Source: Zestosphaera sp. (GTDB lineage: Archaea > Thermoproteota > Thermoprotei_A > Sulfolobales > NBVN01). Taken from it: a DNA stretch of 33,124 nucleotides. Shown one piece after another: positions 1 to 8,307 of this stretch. Both the position numbers and the translations under genes were made by a program. Within the stretch, counting starts at the first letter, position 1. Each line of letters begins with the position of its first letter. Location: NCBI GenBank assembly GCA_038830105.1, contig JAWBLQ010000001.1:1-33124 (forward strand), written 5' to 3'. The notes under the pieces were generated by a model, which searched no databases, was not told where the DNA came from, and saw nothing but the letters and a program-made list of their open reading frames with translations.

Positions 1-516
1 AGGGAGGTTCTCAAGAGGGCTGGGGGGCGGGTCAAGAGGATTTGCTGGGAGACTAACGGGCTTCAGAACACGAAAATCATGGACGTCATGGCGCGCTTAA
101 GCCTTGAGTCAGGCGGTATCGTGAAGATAGATTGGAAGGCTTGGACACCGCAGGTATACGAGGCCTTAACAGGGGTTAACGGCGTTAAAGCCGTGGAGAG
201 GGTTAAGAGTAACGTGAGGCTGGTTAGTGAGTTAGGCTTAACCAGGAAGGACCCCCCGCTCTTAGTAGTGAGCACTCTCTTAGTCCCTGGTTACGTAGAC
301 CTACATGAAGTGAGGGGCATCGCTGAGTTCCTTTCAAACTTAAGCCAGGAGACGCCGTACGTCCTACTTGCATTCCATCCGACGCACTTGATGCGGGATC
401 TACCGACAACCAGCTACAGCCACGCCATCAAGTCGGTGAGGATAGCTCGTGAGGTCGGTTTAAAGGAGGTCTACATAGGTAACGAGTGGTTACTCTCCAA
501 CACGTATGAAGTCTGA
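1..516 (+). CDS. Radical SAM enzyme, PflA/AmmeMemoRadiSam-activase-like, C-terminal part (5' end outside the window)
   Basis: Frame 1 is open from base 1 with no stop before the listed ATG at 79, so the CDS enters from upstream. The C-terminal region resembles PflA-like radical SAM activases (STLLVPGYVD, LLAFHPTHLM, VYIGNEW). The CxxxCxxC cluster motif would lie upstream and is not visible. Confidence 0.55.
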   Translation, partial: REVLKRAGGRVKRICWETNGLQNTKIMDVMARLSLESGGIVKIDWKAWTPQVYEALTGVNGVKAVERVKSNVRLVSELGLTRKDPPLLVVSTLLVPGYVDLHEVRGIAEFLSNLSQETPYVLLAFHPTHLMRDLPTTSYSHAIKSVRIAREVGLKEVYIGNEWLLSNTYEV

Positions 517-605
517 CGAATTACTTTTGATAGCCTTCCTCGCTCAGACGTGACTGCTGGGTTGTGAAGATGAGGCTAAAATGGGATCGACGAGCTCGAA
601 TCAAG

Positions 606-1118
606 TTATCTAATCACCGCTATCCTATCACCCACGTTGATCGTGTCACCCGTCTTCACATAAACTTTCTCAACAACCCCGCTTCTGGGCGCTTTAATCT
701 CGAGCTCCATCTTCATGGACTCTATAGTGATCACGGTGTCACCAATGTTTACCCTGGATCCCTCCTCCACGAGGAGCTTCAGAACCCTGCCAGGGATCTC
801 AGAGGTGACTACAGCAGTCCCTGAAGGTGCTTCAGGACCCTTCAACTCAACTACCTGAAGTGGCTCCACACTCTCCTGAATAGTCGCAGTGGCGCTTGTC
901 ATCGTTGTCGCTGAGGCTTCATTGATCTCTTGGGAGAGCTCAATCTCCTCGCCGACCCGGACTACTATGTCCTTGCCGTTAACGCTTACGTAGTACGTTC
1001 CCTCACCGCCGTCCCTAACCTCAACGTTATATCTTCTTCCCCCGACCTCAACTACGTAGACTGCCTTACTCAAATCGCCACCACCACATTTAAGGGTTGT
1101 TAAGCTTAAATAGCTCAA
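606..1118 (-). CDS. Biotin carboxyl carrier protein (biotinyl domain subunit of an acyl-CoA carboxylase or methylmalonyl-CoA decarboxylase)
   Basis: The C-terminal biotinyl/lipoyl domain carries the biotin-attachment motif ESMKME (canonical E-A-M-K-M). It is preceded by an Ala/Thr/Ser/Pro/Glu-rich linker. The gene is divergent from the carboxyltransferase gene with only a 63-nt spacer. Confidence 0.8.
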   Translation of the reverse strand: MSYLSLTTLKCGGGDLSKAVYVVEVGGRRYNVEVRDGGEGTYYVSVNGKDIVVRVGEEIELSQEINEASATTMTSATATIQESVEPLQVVELKGPEAPSGTAVVTSEIPGRVLKLLVEEGSRVNIGDTVITIESMKMELEIKAPRSGVVEKVYVKTGDTINVGDRIAVIR

Positions 1119-1181
1119 TGGATCGCCTACATACCCAGGTTTAGATTTAAATGTCCTCTAAATTATCTTAGGGAGTTTAAG

Positions 1182-2759
1182 TTGGCAGGGGAATCCGTGT
1201 CTTCCAAGGTAGGTGAGTTAAGGCGTCTCATCGAGGAGGCTAAGCTAGGCGGCGGCTTGAAAGCTATCGAGACTCAACACGCGAAGGGGAAGCTCACAGC
1301 TAGGGAGAGGCTTGAGTTGTTGTTCGATCCTGACTCTGTCCTCGAGTTTGATACCTTCGTAACCCATAGAGCGACTGAGTTCGGCATGACCGAGAGGAAG
1401 GCGTTCGGAGATGGGGTGGTCACTATGCTGGGGAGGGTGAGCGAGAGGCCTGTCGTCGGCATCGCTCAGGACTTCACATTCATGGGGGGTTCCTTAGGTG
1501 AGATGCATGCAGCTAAGATCGTTAAGGCCATGCAGTACGCTCTCTCAGCTGGCATGCCGGTAGTCTTCCTTAACGACTCAGGTGGTGCGAGGATTCAGGA
1601 AGGCGTAGACTCGCTGAGAGGTTACGGCGATATATTCTATATGAACGTGATGGCCTCAGGAGTAGTGCCTCAGATAGCCGTTATAATGGGTCCATGCGCA
1701 GGAGGGGCTGTGTACTCGCCAGCCTTAATGGACTTTGTAGTAATGGTTGACAAGACATCCTACATGTTCATAACAGGGCCGAGGGTTGTGAAGGCCGCTA
1801 TAGGGGAGGAGGTGACTGAGGAGGAGCTAGGGGGGCCCCGAATCCACGTGACTAAGAGCGGTGTTGCACACTTCATAGTGAGGGACGATAAGGAAGCTAT
1901 AGACGTGGTTAAGAAGTTACTCAGTTACCTCCCATCAAATAACATGGAGATGCCTCCCAGAGTCACTGCTCGCGACCCGCCAGACAGGACGGAGAGCAAG
2001 TTAAACGAGATAGTTCCTGAGGACCCGCTGAAGGCGTACAACATGTATGAGATTATTGATGCAGTGTTTGATAAGGGTTCGTTCTTCGACGTGTCTAGGG
2101 AGTACGCTAGGAACGCTATAACAGGCTTCGCCAGACTCAATGGTTGGGTCGTCGGCGTCGTGGCGAACCAGCCAATGGTCCTGACAGGAGCTCTAGATAT
2201 AAACGCCTCAGACAAGATAACGAGGTTCGTCCGGATACTCAACGCGTTCAACATACCGATAGTGACGTTCGTCGACGTGCCAGGCTACATACCGGGGACT
2301 TACCAGGAGCATAACGGCATCATAAGACACGGTGCTAAAGTACTCTACGCGTACAGCGAGGCCACCGTCCCTAAGCTAACCGTCATAGTTAGGAAGGCGT
2401 ACGGCGGTGCCTACATAGCTATGAGCTCCAGACACCTAGGCGCTGACTTCGTTACGGCATGGCCTACTGCGGAGATAGCCGTTATGGGGGCTGAAGGCGC
2501 GGCGGAGATCATATGGAGGTCTGAGCTAGCTAAGGCCAAGACACCGGAAGAGAGACAACAACTCCTAAATAAGCTAGTCATGGAATACAAGGATAAATTC
2601 CTACACCCATACATAGCGGCGGCAAGGGGTTACATAGACTCCGTGATAGAGCCAGCTACAACACGCCCTACCCTGGTAAAGGCTCTTGAGTACCTCCTAA
2701 GTAAGAGGGATGTTCGAGTCAGGACGCCGCCTAAGAAACACGGCTTAATACCGATGTGA
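1182..2759 (+). CDS. Acyl-CoA carboxyltransferase subunit (propionyl-CoA carboxylase beta / methylmalonyl-CoA decarboxylase alpha family)
   Basis: 525 aa, with family-typical segments throughout (GKLTARERLELLFDP, FTFMGGSLGE, GGARIQEG, GPCAGGAVYSPAL, RKAYGGAYIAM). TTG start. T-rich tract immediately after the stop. Confidence 0.9.
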   Translation: MAGESVSSKVGELRRLIEEAKLGGGLKAIETQHAKGKLTARERLELLFDPDSVLEFDTFVTHRATEFGMTERKAFGDGVVTMLGRVSERPVVGIAQDFTFMGGSLGEMHAAKIVKAMQYALSAGMPVVFLNDSGGARIQEGVDSLRGYGDIFYMNVMASGVVPQIAVIMGPCAGGAVYSPALMDFVVMVDKTSYMFITGPRVVKAAIGEEVTEEELGGPRIHVTKSGVAHFIVRDDKEAIDVVKKLLSYLPSNNMEMPPRVTARDPPDRTESKLNEIVPEDPLKAYNMYEIIDAVFDKGSFFDVSREYARNAITGFARLNGWVVGVVANQPMVLTGALDINASDKITRFVRILNAFNIPIVTFVDVPGYIPGTYQEHNGIIRHGAKVLYAYSEATVPKLTVIVRKAYGGAYIAMSSRHLGADFVTAWPTAEIAVMGAEGAAEIIWRSELAKAKTPEERQQLLNKLVMEYKDKFLHPYIAAARGYIDSVIEPATTRPTLVKALEYLLSKRDVRVRTPPKKHGLIPM

Positions 2760-2768
2760 GGTTGTTTT

Positions 2769-2850
2769 GTTTCTCGTTTTGGTTTTGTTGTTTTCTGGGT
2801 TGGTTGAGCCTCTGCCCGGTCACAGAGCCTCACACCACACACCTATACAC
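2769..2850. repeat. Copy A of an 81-82 nt repeat (T-rich tract followed by a long imperfect hairpin)
   Basis: Near-identical to 11775-11855; the only differences are a 1-nt T-run indel and a 2-nt indel near the 3' end. It starts 10 nt after the carboxyltransferase stop. A hairpin spans 2799-2840: 10 bp outer stem with two bulged C, a C-C mismatch, 5 bp inner stem ctctg/cagag, and 8-nt loop cccggtca. Confidence 0.9.
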
Positions 2851-2984
2851 TAGAACTATCGATTACCCTACTGCTGAGAGCCTGTGAAGATTTATAGGAA
2901 CATGTTCACGAAACCCGGTTTACTGACTCCTCACTGGTCAACTATTGTTTATTTTTAACTTTCAGTTCTGTATTTCATAGGTAG

Positions 2985-4292
2985 GTGTACATGTACGAGA
3001 GAACTCCCGATATAAGTGATGTGCTTGAGAGGTTTGACGAGGGGTCTGAGGTAGTTATTCGTGGTTGGATCCACCGGGTTTTCAAGGTTGGCGGTAAGGT
3101 CTTCGCCTGGGTCAGGGATCACTCAGGTTTCATTCAGGTGGTTTTCGATAAGAGTGGCTTGAGCACTGAGTGGGAATCGGTGGAGAGGTTAAGCAGGGAG
3201 TCCAGTGTTGAGGTCAGGGGTTCTGTGAGGGTTGATGAGCGTGCCCCGGGAGGTAAGGAGGTAATCGCTACTGAGTTAGTTGTATATGGGTACTCACCAC
3301 CGTTCCCTATTAAGGGCGGTGAGGATGTTGAGTACCTGCTCAACGTCAGGCATTTATGGCTTAGATCCAGGCAGATGATAGCCTTGCTTAAGATCAAACA
3401 TACTGTGATCCAGGCGTTGAAAGACTGGCTACTCAAGGACGGCTGGTGGGAGACCACACCCCCAATACTGACAGGCTCCGCTGTTGAGGGCGGGGCCACG
3501 TTATTCGAGGTCAAGTACTTTGATAAGATCGCCTACCTCTCTCAGTCAGCGCAACTATATCTAGAGGTGCTCATATTCCCGTTGAATAAAGTGTGGGCTC
3601 TAACCCCCTCCTTCAGAGCTGAGAAATCCAGGACTAGAAGACACTTAAGTGAGTACTGGCACCTGGAGGTTGAGGCAGCCTGGTACGACATGGATGACAT
3701 GATGGGGGTTGCTGAGGGGCTTGTGAGTCATGCGGTGGCTAAAACTATTGAAGAGAGGAAGGACGAGCTGAAGCTACTTAACAGAGACATATCAAAACTT
3801 GAGAGTGCTCTCCACCCTCCCTACCCGAAGGTGACCTATGACGAAGCGCTCGAGATCCTCGCAAGGAAGGGATTCAATATCGGATGGGGTGAGGACTACG
3901 GCGCCGATGAGGAGAAGGCGTTGACGGAGGAATTCGACAAGCCTTTCTTCGTGACCCATTTCCCCAAACGCATCAAGGCCTTCTACATGAAGGAAGACCC
4001 TAAGAGACCTGAAGTAGTCCTGGGTTTCGACTTACTGGCCCCTGAGGGGTACGGAGAGGTCATCGGGGGCTCGCAGAGAGAGGACGATTACGAGAAACTA
4101 TACAATAGAGTGTTGATGGAGGGGCTAGACTTCAAAGACTACGAGTGGTACTTAGACCTAAGGAAGTATGGGTCAGTGCCGCATTCTGGCTTCGGCTTGG
4201 GCATCGAGAGGCTGGTCATGTGGATAGCCGGTATAGAGCACATAAGAGACGCTGTGCCATTCCCTAGGTGGAGGGAAAGAATATATCCGTGA
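2985..4292 (+). CDS. asnS: Asparaginyl-tRNA synthetase (class IIb)
   Basis: Strong resemblance to archaeal AsnRS as I recall it: DERAPGGKEV, ILTGSAVEGGATLFEVKYFDKIAYLSQSAQLYLE, PSFRAEKSRTRRHLSEYWHLEVEAAW (motif 2), GGSQREDDYEKL, and VPHSGFGLGIERLV (motif 3). The start is either GTG 2985 or ATG 2991. Confidence 0.9.
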   Translation: MYMYERTPDISDVLERFDEGSEVVIRGWIHRVFKVGGKVFAWVRDHSGFIQVVFDKSGLSTEWESVERLSRESSVEVRGSVRVDERAPGGKEVIATELVVYGYSPPFPIKGGEDVEYLLNVRHLWLRSRQMIALLKIKHTVIQALKDWLLKDGWWETTPPILTGSAVEGGATLFEVKYFDKIAYLSQSAQLYLEVLIFPLNKVWALTPSFRAEKSRTRRHLSEYWHLEVEAAWYDMDDMMGVAEGLVSHAVAKTIEERKDELKLLNRDISKLESALHPPYPKVTYDEALEILARKGFNIGWGEDYGADEEKALTEEFDKPFFVTHFPKRIKAFYMKEDPKRPEVVLGFDLLAPEGYGEVIGGSQREDDYEKLYNRVLMEGLDFKDYEWYLDLRKYGSVPHSGFGLGIERLVMWIAGIEHIRDAVPFPRWRERIYP

Positions 4293-4300
4293 CAACTCAT

Positions 4301-4771
4301 TCACTCGTAAACCACGCTAATTATATGCTTCACCTTCCCAACCCCCTCAGTGAGTATTAGATGTATTAACTCCCTCGTGGTGTCCGTTAACTCGAGTTTT
4401 AACGCGTCACTGAACTTAAAGAAACCAATCCCCAGAGACTCCTCATTCACTACGGGCTCGCCCTCAGCGTTCCTCACAAGGTAATCAAGTATGACATAGT
4501 GATACTTGACGCTGTAGTCTCTCTTAAGCCTCAGGTACTCAGTGATTGCAAGCAACTCAGCCTCACGGCCTTTAAGAGAGGTCTCCTCCTCCAGCTCCCT
4601 GAATAAAGCTGTGAGGATGGGTTCCCCAGCCTCGATGTGCCCGCCTGGTATTGACCATAGATTAGGTGAGGGTGGGTATTTCCTCTTAACAAGTAGTATC
4701 TCATCATTACCTCTGATGACGACGGCCCCGACAGCCACTCTAGGCCACTCACCCATTAAGAACACCCTCAC
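4301..4771 (-). CDS. Nudix hydrolase
   Basis: Nudix box GGHIEAGEPILTALFRELEEETSL (G-x5-E-x7-REUxEExGU). The listed start at 4771 is GTG; an ATG at 4756 (MGEWPRVAVGAVV) is an alternative. Confidence 0.85.
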   Translation of the reverse strand: MRVFLMGEWPRVAVGAVVIRGNDEILLVKRKYPPSPNLWSIPGGHIEAGEPILTALFRELEEETSLKGREAELLAITEYLRLKRDYSVKYHYVILDYLVRNAEGEPVVNEESLGIGFFKFSDALKLELTDTTRELIHLILTEGVGKVKHIISVVYE

Positions 4772-4795
4772 TAAGAGAACCTGCTTCAGGAATTA

Positions 4796-6163
4796 ATGCT
4801 TTTCTATTGCTTAGTGGCATTCATTATAGGATTAAGCATGGAATCAGAGACTCAGCTGATGTGTGTTAGGTGTGGGTTCAGGTTAGATGAGGTGAGGTAC
4901 GTTGACAGGTGTCCTCAATGCGGCGGTCTCTTAGTCCCCACGTTCACGGGCTCCTTAAGGAGGACGGGAGATTCAGGTGTTTGGGTGTGGGGTAGAGCGC
5001 TTTACACCGCCTTCATGAGGCCTAAGGTGACGTTAGGGGAGGGCCACACCCCTTTAACAAAGTCAACTAGAATCGGGAGGAGTCTCAAGGCTAACCTTTA
5101 CTTCAAGGATGAGTCTAAAAACCCTACCGGGTCCTTCATAGATAGGGGTGCCGCTACCCTCGCCACAGCTCTCAGGTACTTCAGAGTTAGATCAATTTCC
5201 GTCGCATCGACAGGTGATTTAGGTATATCGGTCTCAACGTATGTAAGGAGGGTCGGTCTCACCACCAGGATATATGTTCCCTCAAGCGTGACGTTAAGTA
5301 AGGCGTATAAGACCTTACTGACAGGCGGTAAGGTTAGGTTCGTTGACAGTTATGAAGAGGCGTTGCTTAGGGCTTCAAGAGCCGTAAAGCTTTATGGGGC
5401 AATGATACCTCCCTCACACCCGTACCTGATGGACGGGTATAGAACCATTGCCTTCGAGATTCTTCACGAGTTAAGTGGGAAGAAACCCCTAAACCTAGTA
5501 GTCCCTATAGGTGATGGGGTCTTAACCATGAGTCTCTACCAGGCATTTAAAGACTTAAACGTCAGGCCTAAGTTCCTCGGGGTCAAGGCCTGTAGGGAGT
5601 CACCGCTGTTAAGGGAGATATACGTGATGAAACCCATGCTTCACGAATACCTTGAAGAAATCGCGTCGTTAGGGATCCTGGAGATAGTTGATGTGTGCGA
5701 TGACGAAGCCCTTGAAGCGAGTGAATTAACCATTAAGAACGAGGGGTTCTTAGTGGGGCCTGTCGGCGCGTCTTGTATAGCGGCGCTTCTGAAGGCAGGC
5801 CCTGAAGCTGTGAGGGGTAAGGTGACCGTCGCGTTGATGACCGGTGACCCGTTGCAGGACCCCTACATAATGAAGGCGTTGCTAGAGAGGACTGCAGGCA
5901 CGAGAGAGGAACTCCTGACGCTAGGCTTCACTAAAACCAAGATCTTAGAGATGCTCGCGTACGGCGATCCTACCCACCCATACATGATATGGAAGGGTTT
6001 AAGAAGTAGGTATGGACTCTCCGTCAGTAGGAGAACCGTGTACAAGCATGTAGAGGAACTCATAGACGCAGGCCTTCTCAAGGTGGTCAGCTACAAGAAA
6101 GTAGGTGGCAGATTGAGGAAGGTTATCTCCATAACTGAGTCTGGCTTGAGGTACCTTACCTGA
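4796..6163 (+). CDS. Threonine-synthase-like (fold-type II PLP) domain lacking the catalytic lysine, with an N-terminal Zn ribbon and a C-terminal PadR-like winged helix; probable ligand-sensing regulator
   Basis: CVRCGF...CPQCGG zinc ribbon as in archaeal ThrC. The family signature reads NPTGSFIDRG, with Ile (ATA, 5138-5140) where the PLP lysine should be. The C-terminal ~80 aa (KTKILEMLAYGDPTHPYMIWKGL...RRTVYKHVEELIDAGLL...GGRLRKVISITESGLRYL) is PadR-like. The first 14 codons are hydrophobic and atypical, so the true start is probably ATG 4838. Confidence 0.75.
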   Translation: MLFYCLVAFIIGLSMESETQLMCVRCGFRLDEVRYVDRCPQCGGLLVPTFTGSLRRTGDSGVWVWGRALYTAFMRPKVTLGEGHTPLTKSTRIGRSLKANLYFKDESKNPTGSFIDRGAATLATALRYFRVRSISVASTGDLGISVSTYVRRVGLTTRIYVPSSVTLSKAYKTLLTGGKVRFVDSYEEALLRASRAVKLYGAMIPPSHPYLMDGYRTIAFEILHELSGKKPLNLVVPIGDGVLTMSLYQAFKDLNVRPKFLGVKACRESPLLREIYVMKPMLHEYLEEIASLGILEIVDVCDDEALEASELTIKNEGFLVGPVGASCIAALLKAGPEAVRGKVTVALMTGDPLQDPYIMKALLERTAGTREELLTLGFTKTKILEMLAYGDPTHPYMIWKGLRSRYGLSVSRRTVYKHVEELIDAGLLKVVSYKKVGGRLRKVISITESGLRYLT

Positions 6164-6288
6164 CCTCTCTGTTCTTGAAGAGGTGAGGATTTAGCTTCGC
6201 GCCTGGTTTAAAACTTTCATCTATAACCTCAGTTCATAGTGAACCTGATAGTGACTCCATGACCTAAAAACTTCGCTGAGTCGTTAGT

Positions 6289-7044
6289 TTGGGTGAGGTA
6301 ATGGTCAGCGTCGTTAGAGTCTCTCTTTACACTGCTTTAGTGTTGATTGCAACGATAGTTCTTCAAATATACACGCCGGCAACGAGAGGGTATTTCAACT
6401 TAGGGGAGGTCGCTATATACACCGTGGCAGCGTTATCCACGCCCTTAGCGGCTGGTGTTGCTTCAGGCGTGGGTTCAGCTTTAGCGGACTTAGTGACTGG
6501 TTACGGGATCTTCGCGCCAGGTACGTTGCTGATTAAGTTCTTCGAGGGTTTCGCTGTTTCGCTGTTAATCAGTAGCTTCAGGAGGAGGGTTGGTAATCTG
6601 CTTAGGCTCCGCTTAATCTCTGTCCTAGTCGGCGTCCTCTTAGGGGCACTCATAGCGGGTCTCGGGTTAACCCTCTTCACAGGCGAGGTTGAACTCATAT
6701 CAGTACCGCTGAACATAGCGGGTCTTAACATAACTATTGTGGCTCTCTCATTCACGCTTGGCACCTGGTTCTGGGTTGTGTTAGGCGTTATCATTGCCGG
6801 CTCGATAGCGTACGTCGTGATTAGGGCTGGAGGCGAGGCTTTAAGCTACACGGTTCCGATACTGATCGGCGGGTCGCTGATGGTTCTTGGTTACTTCCTG
6901 TATGAGTACTTCATATCGAATCCCCTTCAAGGAATACCTCCTGAGGAGGCGTTCTTTGAGGTCCCGGTTAATTACGGTCAGGCTCTAGCAGGCCTGACGC
7001 TTTCATCCCCAGTTATTTCATTTGTTAACAGGGCTAGAAGGTAG
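6289..7044 (+). CDS. Polytopic membrane protein, probable substrate-capture (S) component of the adjacent ECF transporter
   Basis: Very hydrophobic, about 7 predicted TM segments. S-component-like segment GSALADLVTGYGIFAPGTLLIKFFEG. It lies directly upstream of the ECF ATPase gene, 6 nt away. TTG 6289 or ATG 6301 start. Substrate unknown. Confidence 0.5.
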   Translation: MGEVMVSVVRVSLYTALVLIATIVLQIYTPATRGYFNLGEVAIYTVAALSTPLAAGVASGVGSALADLVTGYGIFAPGTLLIKFFEGFAVSLLISSFRRRVGNLLRLRLISVLVGVLLGALIAGLGLTLFTGEVELISVPLNIAGLNITIVALSFTLGTWFWVVLGVIIAGSIAYVVIRAGGEALSYTVPILIGGSLMVLGYFLYEYFISNPLQGIPPEEAFFEVPVNYGQALAGLTLSSPVISFVNRARR

Positions 7045-7050
7045 GCTGAG

Positions 7051-8307
7051 TTGATCGTTAGGGGTCTTAACGTATGGCTGGATAACCAACACATACTGAG
7101 GAACATCAGCCTTGAAATTAACGATGGTGAGGCTGTCCTCCTAGTAGGTCCCTCAGGCTCCGGCAAGTCAACGCTTCTCAAGACCTTAAGCAATGTAATA
7201 CCTTCAGTTATTAAGGGAGTTGTTAAGGGTCATTCCGATCCCCCACTGCACGTTTTAGGGCGTGTAGCCATGTACGTTCATCAGGAGCCCTGGTTCTTCG
7301 TCTCCACACCTTACGTCTGGTCCGAGGTAGTCAGCTACACGAAGATCAAGTCTCTAAGCGAGGTTAGAGAGGTTCTCGACGAATTCGGTTTAGGAGAACA
7401 TATAACCAGAACTACCTACACCCTAAGCTCCGGCGAGATTCAGAGGCTTGCGTTCCTCATAGCAGTGAATTCAGGTAAGGACCTACTCCTAGTTGATGAA
7501 CTCTCATCTTATCTGGACAGACGTAATTCCGAGACCTTAGTCAGGCTCGCTGAGAAAGTGGTGAGGGAATACGGCAAGACCCTGCTCATAGTCGATCATG
7601 AAGTGGATTTATGGAGTAAGGTAGTTAGCAGGACGCTCTACATGAGTGAGGGAACTCTAACCGAAGGTGTTGGAAACCCCTTCAGCGATACGCTCAAGCG
7701 CTTGAGCGAGAGCCTCAGCTCCCCTGATGAGGGAGGTGACGAATGCCTGAGCATTCACATCGACAGTTTCAAGTTCCCTGACGCTGAGGAGCCTTTGCTA
7801 AGTGATGTAGACTTCGACGTCTGCAGGGGTGAGGTGATCGTTGTGAAGGGTTCCTCAGGATCCGGGAAAACAACCCTGCTTAAAATCATCGCAGGTGAGT
7901 ACGTGAAGGGCGGGAAGGCGATCAAGTTGAGAGGGCCTCCCGGAAGGCTTGTATTCGTACCAGACAACCCGTTGCTCTACTTGAGCTCGCCTACGCCTGC
8001 GGAGGAGGTCGGTAGGGAGGGGTTAAGGTATTTGGAGTACTTAGGCCTCTTAAGCAAGGCTGAGACCCCTATCATGAAGCTCAGTAGTGGTGAGAGGAGG
8101 AGGTTAGCCATAGCCTCGGCGCTGGCAAGAGGATACGAATACGTGCTTATGGACGAGCCAACCGCCGGACTTGACCCCCTAAACAAGGGTAGCGTTCTTG
8201 AGGCCATCATTAAGGCATCCTCGTTAGGGACGGGCTTCGTGATCGCATCTCACGACCCCTTCGTTGAGATGATCGCTAATAAGGTGGTGGACATTGAGCG
8301 TTGTTAA
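7051..8307 (+). CDS. Fused tandem ABC ATPase (EcfA-EcfA'-like) of an ECF transporter
   Basis: Two ABC cassettes in 418 aa. Walker A: GPSGSGKST and GSSGSGKTT. Signature: LSSGEIQR and LSSGERRR. Walker B: LLLVDE and YVLMDE. H-loop: VDHE and ASHD. TTG start. Confidence 0.85.
   Translation: MIVRGLNVWLDNQHILRNISLEINDGEAVLLVGPSGSGKSTLLKTLSNVIPSVIKGVVKGHSDPPLHVLGRVAMYVHQEPWFFVSTPYVWSEVVSYTKIKSLSEVREVLDEFGLGEHITRTTYTLSSGEIQRLAFLIAVNSGKDLLLVDELSSYLDRRNSETLVRLAEKVVREYGKTLLIVDHEVDLWSKVVSRTLYMSEGTLTEGVGNPFSDTLKRLSESLSSPDEGGDECLSIHIDSFKFPDAEEPLLSDVDFDVCRGEVIVVKGSSGSGKTTLLKIIAGEYVKGGKAIKLRGPPGRLVFVPDNPLLYLSSPTPAEEVGREGLRYLEYLGLLSKAETPIMKLSSGERRRLAIASALARGYEYVLMDEPTAGLDPLNKGSVLEAIIKASSLGTGFVIASHDPFVEMIANKVVDIERC

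Noticed and set aside
2630-2842. A 70-aa minus-strand ORF overlapping the 3' end of the carboxyltransferase gene and repeat copy A
   Set aside because: The part lying in the repeat is not kept in frame in copy B, because the 1-nt T-run indel shifts it. The rest is antisense to a well-supported gene, so the repeat is not protein-coding.
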